A stretch of 64,000 bases of DNA from contig DHMN01000028.1 in assembly GCA_002405805.1 (NCBI GenBank), forward strand, positions 4,163 through 68,162, written 5' to 3'. Below the pieces are notes generated by a model that saw only the letters and a program-made list of their open reading frames with translations, had not been told where the DNA came from and did no database searches. The translations under genes were made by a program, and so were the position numbers. Source of the DNA: Cyanobacteria bacterium UBA4641. GTDB lineage: Bacteria; Cyanobacteriota; Vampirovibrionia; Gastranaerophilales; Gastranaerophilaceae. Positions 54,626 through 63,600 of this stretch are shown here, in pieces. Position 1 is the stretch's first letter, and each line of letters starts with the position of its first letter.

Positions 54626-55429
54626 ATGAGAATAATCAAATTTGTTGGTAAAAATTTACGTTGCGCATCTGTAAAAAATAAATCTCGCTTTGATTTTTCA
54701 CCAGTCTTCACAAGATTTGGTTTTACGTTGGCTGAGGTTTTAATCACTCTTGGAATAATCGGCATAGTTGCCGCAATGACAATTCCTGTATTGATTTCCA
54801 GCCATCAAAAACGAGAGATTGAAGCTAAATTAAAAGAGGATTTTTCTATTTTTAGCCAAGTTAATAAAATGATGATTTATAATGATGTTTCATTTGACTT
54901 TTCTGCAGCAGATGGTAGTTCGCAAGTTTTGAGAAATTGGCTCAATCTCAATATTTTCCCATATATGAAAGTTGCAAGAATTTGCAATGAACCTGAAAAA
55001 GGTTGCTTTAGTTCTGTTAATATGGCAATCAGACAGCTTAATGGCAGTTCTTTTGATGATTGTCCAAAAGGTGGCGGAGGCTGTGGCGGCGGTTGGGTTT
55101 CATTTGTTATGAACAATGGAACAAAAGTTGCGGTTGATGTTGGAAATAACAGCCAATTGAGAACTATTTATGGAGTAGATTCAGATGCTGAAACTTGTTT
55201 AAAAATGTATGTTGACGTAAACGGAGACAAAAAGCCAAACAAATTCGGAATTGACATATTTTTGATGACCTTTACGGAAGATGGTTTTGTTCCTGCAGGA
55301 TATTCAAAAACCGCAGATGAACTCAAAAGCAATTGTTCCCCAAAGCAAACAGGTTGGTGGTGTATGGCTAGAGTAAAAAATTCGAACTGGGAAATTCCTG
55401 ATGATGTTTGGGCAGTAAGGAACAAATAA
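54626..55429 (+). CDS. Prepilin-type N-terminal domain protein (pilin-like paralog 4)
   Basis: Long leader, then 'RFG|FTLAEVLITLGIIGIVAAMTIP'. 'VDVNGDKKPNKFGIDIF'. Gly/Cys patch 'CPKGGGGCGGGW'. C-terminal 'CSPKQTGWWCMARVKNSNWEIPDDVW'. Confidence 0.85.
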   Translation: MRIIKFVGKNLRCASVKNKSRFDFSPVFTRFGFTLAEVLITLGIIGIVAAMTIPVLISSHQKREIEAKLKEDFSIFSQVNKMMIYNDVSFDFSAADGSSQVLRNWLNLNIFPYMKVARICNEPEKGCFSSVNMAIRQLNGSSFDDCPKGGGGCGGGWVSFVMNNGTKVAVDVGNNSQLRTIYGVDSDAETCLKMYVDVNGDKKPNKFGIDIFLMTFTEDGFVPAGYSKTADELKSNCSPKQTGWWCMARVKNSNWEIPDDVWAVRNK

Positions 55430-55434
55430 TGACC

Positions 55435-55920
55435 TTATATTCTGTCTTTTGTCAAGGTGTCAAGCGCGAGTTTCAGTGCTTGATTTGCAAATTGTTCTTT
55501 CATTTCCTTGCGTGGCAATTTCGGAGAAAGTTTAACTTCCTTGATTGTGGTGATTCCTTTATATCTGATTGAAATATAGACTAAACCAACAGGTTTTTCT
55601 TTTGTTCCGCCGGTAGGTCCTGCAATACCTGTTGTACATAACGCGATATCACAGCCTGTTGAGCTTTCCAAACCTTCTGCCATCGCTTGAGCACACTGTT
55701 CGCTAACTGCGCCAAAATTATCTAAAATATCCCAACTAACACCTAAAATCTTATGTTTAGCCTCATTTGCATAAGTTACAAAATTCAATTTGACATACTC
55801 AGAGCTGCCTGAAACATCTGTCAATTTTGAGCTTAGCAAGCCACCTGTACAAGACTCAGCCGTTGCGATTGTCAATTTGTTTTCGATTAAGTATTTTCCT
55901 AATTCTTCTTCTAAAGACAT
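55435..55920 (-). CDS. pncC: CinA C-terminal-domain protein (nicotinamide-nucleotide amidohydrolase PncC-like)
   Basis: 'LTIATAESCTGGLLSSKLTDVSGSS', 'GAVSEQCAQAMA', 'ALCTTGIAGPTGGT..KPVGLVYI'. Start at the ATG with SD aaggag. Confidence 0.8.
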   Translation of the reverse strand: MSLEEELGKYLIENKLTIATAESCTGGLLSSKLTDVSGSSEYVKLNFVTYANEAKHKILGVSWDILDNFGAVSEQCAQAMAEGLESSTGCDIALCTTGIAGPTGGTKEKPVGLVYISIRYKGITTIKEVKLSPKLPRKEMKEQFANQALKLALDTLTKDRI

Positions 55921-56022
55921 TTTTGGGCACTCCTTTTTAGTTGAATTTCCACCAAACAGAATATCACAAAAGTCTCTCCAAGGCATTAAACATAGGGGGG
56001 CTGACGCAACATATCAAGTCAT

Positions 56023-56117
56023 TGTCACCCTGAACTCGTTTCAGGGTCTCTAATTTTACAAACTTCACATAAGACTAATATGTTTTATTGAAGATGCTGA
56101 AACAAGTTCAGCATGAC
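56023..56117. repeat. ~95-bp MITE-like repeat unit (type 2)
   Basis: tgtcaccctgaactcgtttcagggtctctaattttacaaacttcacataagactaatatgttttattgaagatgctgaaacaagttcagcatgac. The spacer is the reverse complement of the spacer at 43228-43268 and is related to 13993-14032. Confidence 0.8.
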
Positions 56118-56159
56118 TAAAAATCTAAGAAATAGCCACTACAAGTAGCATTTCCCCTT

Positions 56160-57530
56160 TTAACTCGGAGAAATGCAAGCGGTAATTGCATCGATTAACC
56201 TTTTTACCGGTACAATGTTAATCTTGTCATTGGTAATATTTCTGTTTGCGTAAGGGATAATCGCCTTCTTAAACCCTGATGTAACAGCTTCATTCAGCCG
56301 TTTTTCTATATTGCTAACCGGATGAATTTCGCCAGACAAACCGATTTCCCCAATGATTACCGTTTGAGGGTCAACCACAACATCGCGAGCACAAGTGGCA
56401 ATTGCAATAGCTATCCCCAAATCCGCACTCGGCTCATCAATTTCAATTCCGCCCATAACATTCACATAAACATCTTGTTTTGAAAGGTTTAAACCAACCC
56501 TTTTTTCCAATACCGCCAAAATTTGTAATAATCGGCTGTTATCGACCCCATTTGTCACTCGGCGCGGAGTCGGATATGGAGTAGTGCCGACAAGTGCCTG
56601 AATTTCAACCAAAAGCGGACGAGTTCCTTCGTTTGTAACAATGATAGCACTCCCTGGGATTGCATCTTGAGAACGCTCATTTAAAAACAATTCGTTCGGA
56701 TTTTTCACTTCCACAAGCCCTTGAGTTTGCATTTCAAAAATTCCGACTTCAGAAGTATTACCAAAGCGGTTTTTCATAGAGCGCAACATTCTGTAAGACT
56801 TGTATTTGTCGCCCTCAAACGAAATAACAGTATCTACCATGTGTTCTAAAATCTTTGGACCTGCGATATTACCGTCTTTTGTCACGTGACCGATTACGAT
56901 TGTTGTAATTCCGCGATTTTTGGCAATTTGCATCAAAATATTACAACATTCTCGAATTTGTGACACACTACCAGCGGAACTTGAAATAGTTTGAGAATAA
57001 ATCGCCTGAATACTGTCTATCACAATCATATCTGGTTGAAGTTCATCAATTTGAGCGCGAATACTTTCCAAGTTTGTTTGCGGATAAATATATAAATTTT
57101 CGGCATTTATTCCTAATCTGTTGGCACGAAGTTTCAATTGACTTGCGGATTCTTCCGCTGAAACATACAGGATTTTTTGACCGTTTTTGCACAATTCACC
57201 GCTTGTTTGGAGCAAAATTGTAGATTTACCGATTCCGGGGTCACCTGCAATCAACACAAGCGAACCTTGAACAAGTCCGCCCCCAAGTATTCTGTCAAAT
57301 TCAGAAATATTTGTACTTATTCTAACCTCTTCTCCGATATGAATATCATTGATTAGAGAAGGTTTTGTATCATTTGCAATCCCTTGCGGTGAGATATTTT
57401 GAGGTTTTAAATTGCTTTGGATTTCTTCCGTAAAACTTCCCCACGAACCACATTCAGGACATTTACCCAAATACCCTGCTGATTCATAACCGCATTGTTG
57501 ACATATCCATTTTGATTTTACTTTAGCCAT
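56160..57530 (-). CDS. radA: DNA repair protein RadA (Sms)
   Basis: Zinc ribbon 'CQQCGYESAGYLGKCPECGSWGSF', Walker A 'GDPGIGKST', 'KNRFG' motif, Lon-like C-terminal domain. Confidence 0.95.
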   Translation of the reverse strand: MAKVKSKWICQQCGYESAGYLGKCPECGSWGSFTEEIQSNLKPQNISPQGIANDTKPSLINDIHIGEEVRISTNISEFDRILGGGLVQGSLVLIAGDPGIGKSTILLQTSGELCKNGQKILYVSAEESASQLKLRANRLGINAENLYIYPQTNLESIRAQIDELQPDMIVIDSIQAIYSQTISSSAGSVSQIRECCNILMQIAKNRGITTIVIGHVTKDGNIAGPKILEHMVDTVISFEGDKYKSYRMLRSMKNRFGNTSEVGIFEMQTQGLVEVKNPNELFLNERSQDAIPGSAIIVTNEGTRPLLVEIQALVGTTPYPTPRRVTNGVDNSRLLQILAVLEKRVGLNLSKQDVYVNVMGGIEIDEPSADLGIAIAIATCARDVVVDPQTVIIGEIGLSGEIHPVSNIEKRLNEAVTSGFKKAIIPYANRNITNDKINIVPVKRLIDAITACISPS

Positions 57531-57651
57531 AGTTTAATTATATCCTTAAATCCGCCGTTGTAAACTAATGTAACAAAAAGGCTCGTATTATTAAAGTAGC
57601 CCTAAAAATTGCCGTATTGACATGTAGGTGTAAAAGAAGAAAGTAAATGTT

Positions 57652-60600
57652 ATGTGCGCAGAAAATGTCAAATTGAATCTGAACAAAGGTAAACTCGGTC
57701 AAGCTGATTTGAACCAAATCAAGGGCGGACTAAAACGTGAGCAAATCAAAGATAAAGCTATGCTTGCAATTTTTGACGCGTTAGATGACGGTAACCATGT
57801 TCTTGATGAAAAAGAGATTTCAAAATTGAAAACTCAATTACAAGAAGCTGCGAAAAACAGTAATCTTTCTAAAAATGAAGCTGAAAAATTTTTGAAAAAC
57901 TTGTTTGGTGATAAAAAAGATAAAAATATCACTAACGAAGATTTGTTCAAATTTATCAATACTCTGACCGATAACAGCAAAAATATTAAAAACTCAACCG
58001 CTACAAAAGAAAACGGACAAGACGTAATCACAACCGAATACAAAGACGGTTCTGTTGAAAAAATTTACCCTGACACAAAGAAAAAAGTCATAATCAAAGA
58101 CAACAAAACTTCTACTTATACAGCAGATAACACTCTTCAAAAAGAAGAATATTTTGACAAAGACGGAAATTCTGTTACTACAACTTTCACTGACGGCAAG
58201 CCGCAGAAAAAGACCGTTAAAACTCAAACAGAAACTTTGCACTACGAAGTTTCTGATAAAGGTGAAAAACTTGTAAAACGTGAAAATAATCAAAACAAAG
58301 CCACAACCGATTATGAATATGATGAAAAAGAAGGTACTGTTAATGAAACAGAACAAAATGGCAATGTAACAACTAAAAGAGTAAGACGCAACGGCAATGT
58401 TGAAACTCAAACTGCAGTAGAAAAGTTGGAAGATTCCACAGTAGAAACAGTTACAGATGCTAACGGTAATATTACCAAAACAACAGTAAATTCTGATGGC
58501 AAACGCATCAAACAAGAAAAAACAATCGACGGCAAAACTTATGTAGCCGAATACGATGGCAACGGTAACACAAAAGTTGTTGTACAAAACGGTGAAAGTA
58601 TTGCGCATCTTGCAAAAATCTTTGATGTTAAACAAGGTGACATCATTGAAGTAAATGAACCTGACGGCAAAGTTCATCAAAAAGGTTCTACAAAATTTTT
58701 CCTTGTTGGTGATACAGTTTTGATTCCAAAAGAATTGGAAGCCGATGATAAAAACTTAACCAATCGCAAAAGCAGTGCCGATACAATTGGCGACTACAAA
58801 GAAGATATGGCAGAAATCCGCCGTAAACAACAAGAACGTGCAGCTAGAGCTAGAGAAAAAGCGCAGGAAGCAAAAGCTCATGAAGCTAAACAAAAGAAAA
58901 AAGCCTCAAAACCAAGAGCAATAAGTTTCACTTGCAAACAAAAGAATTTCACAGAAGTTGCCAAACAAAATTTGGCAAGCCAAGGAGTTAAAAATCCGAC
59001 TAAAAAGCAATTAGAAGACAGAATTGCACAATTAAAGAAATTAAATCCAAACTTAAAAGACGGTCAAATTCAAGGTAAAAGAATTACTGTTCCGTGTTCG
59101 GAAGAAACATACAACAGGTTTGTCGGCAGACAAAAAGAAGTAACCGAAATCAACAAAAATATGCGCAACAACAGAACCGCAAAAGGTATCGCAAATAATT
59201 TATATAAAATTTGTGATGACAATGCTGCTGCGATAGATAAACCTGTATTTTGGAACGAATTGAAAAAGGTTAATAAAAATAACGTTGTGGCTGTCCTAGA
59301 TAACTATGATAAAGTTTTAGAAAAACACACAGGCGATTCATCTTTACTTGATACAATTTGTTCAGAAGTCGGAGCATCAAACACAAACAGACAAAAAGCA
59401 CTTAACCATATTTATAATTCATTGGAACAAGCTGCAAAAGAAGCAGGTGTTTCTCAAGCTGATTTAAAAAGTGCAAGAAAGAAATTTTCAACAAGTATGC
59501 AGCACGAATTTGACAAAATCGGTCGTATTGATACAAAAGAAATGGATAAAGCCGTAGACTTTTTGCGTGGCGCAACCGCAGCAGCAAAAGTTACTAAAGG
59601 TCAGGGTTCAATTTCTACAAGAGCTGCCATGAAATCTTTCTTGAATGGTGAAGATGGTTTGGTTGCACTGGATAAAGATGTTCAAAAACAATACAAAGAT
59701 GCAAGAGATAAAGAAGGCTGGGTTGCTAAAACAGGTGACTGGGTTTGCGGATTATTCGGCTGTACAACTATTGCCGATATGGACAAAAAGCTTGGCAAAC
59801 ACGCAGGTGATGTGAAGAAACTTGTAGCTGCCGCAAATAAAAACGATGAAGCAACTTTTAAAAAATTATATAAACAAACTTTCGGAATTGATTTTAATCC
59901 AAAAATGATTCAAGCTCGCCAAACAGCAAGAATCAATTACGAATCTGCTGCTGCATTCAATGCATCATACAAAGCCTTTGCAGGTTTGGAGTCAAAGACA
60001 AAGAATCTGAATTACCAATCTTTGCGTAACGAATTGAAAAAATCTTTCAAATACTCAGATTCTGATATTGATACATTGATTAAATCTTACGCACAAAGCA
60101 AAGGTATGGACTCAGCATCCCAAGCTGATAAAAAGTATGTTTTGGATTCCTTTATCAAAGAATCTAAACAACAGTATTTAAAAGAATTTCAAAAATTGTC
60201 TAAAGGTAAAACTTTAGAGCAAATGGGCAAAGATGTTGATTTGTTGACAAAAAGCGCTTACGGTACAAATGATATCGTCAAAGACGTTATCCAATTCAAC
60301 GAAAACCAACAAATGACCGAAATGGTGACTTCCGCAGCTTTTGAAATTGCAGGTACTATTGCATTACAATTTGTTCCGGGGCTAGGACAAATGGCAGCCG
60401 CAAAACTTGCGGTAAGTGCGGCTAAATGGGGTGCTCGCGGTGTAAAAATTGCAACTTACGCAACTAAAGCTGCAAAAGCAATGAAAACCGTATCAACTGC
60501 AATGAATGCAACTAAGAAAGCTAAAATCGTAACTCAAATGGCTTCAGCAGGCGTTGCAACAGCAGCAGTTAATTTGTCAAATAAAAAAGACGTCAAAGAA

Positions 60601-63600
60601 ACAATGAGAAAAACTTTGATGAATATGTCATTTGCAGGCGTTGGTGCATCTTCAAGCATCTTGGCTCCAAAATTGATGCAAGCATTTGGTATAACAAATA
60701 AAGCTTTGGCAACAGAAGTTGCAGAAGAAATCATCAATTGCGCAGGTTCTTACGGCGTAACAAAACTTGCAGGAGACGATTACGGCAAAAACGATGCATT
60801 TATAGACTTTGCAAGCGGCTTGTTAATGTCAAGAATTTCTCACGTAAAAATGCACAAAGGTACAAAAGTTGAGACTCCAACCCCAAAACCTGAAGTACCG
60901 ACCAAACCAGAAATTCCAACATCAAAGCCTGAAGTCCCAACAACTCCTGAAAAACCAATCAAAACAGATAAACCAATTGTAGAACACCAAGGCGCAGTTA
61001 AACCTGACACCGAGACAAAACCGTCCGGCGAAGCAAATAACTCTAAGAAAGTTCCTGACGATTTTAAAAAGTCAAACGAAAAACTTATTGATGAAAAGGA
61101 TTTGAAAAACAAGAAAAAAACAGTTACCCCTGAAGAGGCTGACAAATTTAAAGAAGCTGCACCAAGCACCAAACCTCCTGTAGCTGATGAAAAACCTTCA
61201 CTCCAACATCCGCAAGAAAAGAAATTCAACGGAATAAACGGCGAAGAACTGAAATTTGAAGTTATCAGTGAAACCGATTTTCCAAAAGGTAAAAAGTCTT
61301 ATTTAACAAAAGATGATAAAAAGATTTTTGTAGATGCTGACGGCAAAATTATATCTGTAAAAGATTACAATGCAGGTACAATCAAAGCTTTCGATTACCA
61401 CAACGCAGGTGATGCTCCATCAGGTTACACTTTGGTAAACAAAAAACAACAAATTATCAGACAAGTAGAATCAAAAGTTGATACTAATGTAACTAAAAAC
61501 TACGAAACAGGCGTAGAAACTATCACATCAACCAAAGACGGCTCAGTAATTACAGAAAGATATATGTCACTTTCTGAATACCCTGCTAATGCCCCAATTC
61601 CTGATGCAGCTAAATTTTCAAAAAACCTGAAAGCTCAAATTGATGAATGTACAGATATCAACAAGTTGAACAAATTGAAAGATGAATACAACATGTACAA
61701 CTCTCAATACGGTACTGCTGACGGTTCATTGTTCCAAGCTTTGCAAGATAAAGCATCTGCATTGCAAGGAACAGCAAAACCGACTCCACACAAACCATTA
61801 TCAAATCTTGTAACAAGTTCAACATTAGATAATGCACTAGAAAATTTGAATATGAAAAAATATGGCAAAAAAGGTTTGCCGTTGAAATATTCTCATGATG
61901 AAATGTTGAAAGACTTGAAAGAATCTCTAATGGCTCTTCCTTATTCTGAACGTTCTGCTATTATGAATAAATTCAACATTCATACAATTGGAGATGAGTT
62001 GTCAGATATTCCAAAACTTTCTCAAATTCCAAGCACACCTAATGAAGAAAAGATTTTGAATATCTTAAATAAATATTCAAAACAAAATTCTTTGCAAATT
62101 GCTGACCCTGCATTGAAAGCTGAATTAGAAAACTTTATCAAAGATGTACCTGAATTTACATTTATGATTGGTAAAAAACAAAACGGCGTTCATGCATACA
62201 GCTTAGATTCTCACACTATTCAAAACTTACAAAAAGCTTTGAAATACGCAGCAGATGCCAATATTTCCGATGAACAAAAAGAAATTTTGAAAATGAGTAT
62301 TTTACTCCACGATATGGGTAAACAATACAAAGGCGCATCAGTATCAGACACAGGGCACGCTGCACTAAGCAAACAGTATGCGGAAAACATTTTGGACAGA
62401 TTCAACTATTCAACCGAAACAAAAAATAAAATCTTGAATTTGATTGAAAATCACCACTGGTTCAAAGATTTTAACAAAGGTAAGCTAAGTGCTGACCAAG
62501 TTGTAAAAATGTTTGGCGATGATTTGACTCTTGCTCAAATTATGGCTAAATCTGATTTGGAAAGCGTTAGCGATACATTCCACTTAGAAATCTTAGAACC
62601 AGGTAAAAAACTTTCTCAAGCAGAGTTTGAGACCAAATTCCAAGAAAAAATGGATAAGATTTCCAGCAAAATTACACCTGAAGTCTTGGGTGAAGAATTA
62701 CCAATCGGTCAAATGGACAAATACAAACCTTACTATTTGGACAAAAGCAAAATCGACAAATTGATTTTGGGCAAAGGTGTTGAACTTGATATGAACGACC
62801 CTAAACTAAAACAATTGATGAATGATTTAAAAGAGGGCGAAAGCTTTGCTATTGGCTGTACTGACCCACATGGAAATTATCCGGATGTAAAATATCAAAT
62901 CGGCAAATATGCTGATGGCGTTGGCTCTCACCACGTAATTATTACTAAAAAGCACGGTGAATTTGTAATTGAAGTTCACAAAGATGCTGCTGTTATGAAA
63001 GATATTCCGACAGCTCACAACTCAGACCCTGTAATTGCAAATAAAATCGAACAAATTAAGAAAAAAGCAACTAATATTACATCTGAAACATTTAATATCG
63101 ACGGTAAAAATGTTCCGTTTGAAATTTTACACGGAACAAAAAGCGGTTCAAACAAAGGTTACTATGTAATAAATAAACAAACCGGTGAATTATTCTATGC
63201 AAAATTTGGCGGAGCACAAGGCAAAACAGAACTTTTGGCTAACAAATTGTACGCTATGGCAGGCTTAGGCACTCCTGAAATGAGTTCTTTCAAAGCCACT
63301 GACGGCACTGTGGGAACTTTGAGCAAATACATGCCTGACTTGACAAGTGTAACTCACGCAACTACAAAGGCTAACGAAGGTTTTGGTATGGATGTATTGT
63401 TGGCAAACTGGGATGTTGTCGGTATGAGCAACGACAATATGCTAAAAACTGCTGACGGCAAAATCATCAGACTTGATGCAGGCGGTACATTTGATTATCG
63501 TGCACAAGGCAAAAACAAACCTTATACATCAATTCCGATGGAATTTGTAACATTGATGGATGCAAACATCAACTCAAAATCAGCACAAATTTTCAGCAAA

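Noticed and set aside
13911-56117. Possibility that the recurring hairpin repeats are CRISPR arrays
   Set aside because: Copies are dispersed over many loci and not regularly spaced. They occur in both orientations, are of several unit types, and are palindromic with inserts rather than unique spacers. No cas genes are present.
57740-57800. EF-hand-like 'DALDDGNHVLDEKE' near the N-terminus of the giant protein
   Set aside because: It does not fit the canonical 12-residue loop (positions 3, 5 and 6 are wrong) in any register.
57834-63018. Seven minus-strand ORFs (e.g. 57994..58680, 228 aa; 60840..61229, 129 aa)
   Set aside because: All are antisense to the uninterrupted giant plus-strand frame. 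Their Phe/Cys/Ser-rich composition is what the reverse complement of a Lys/Glu/Thr-rich gene produces.
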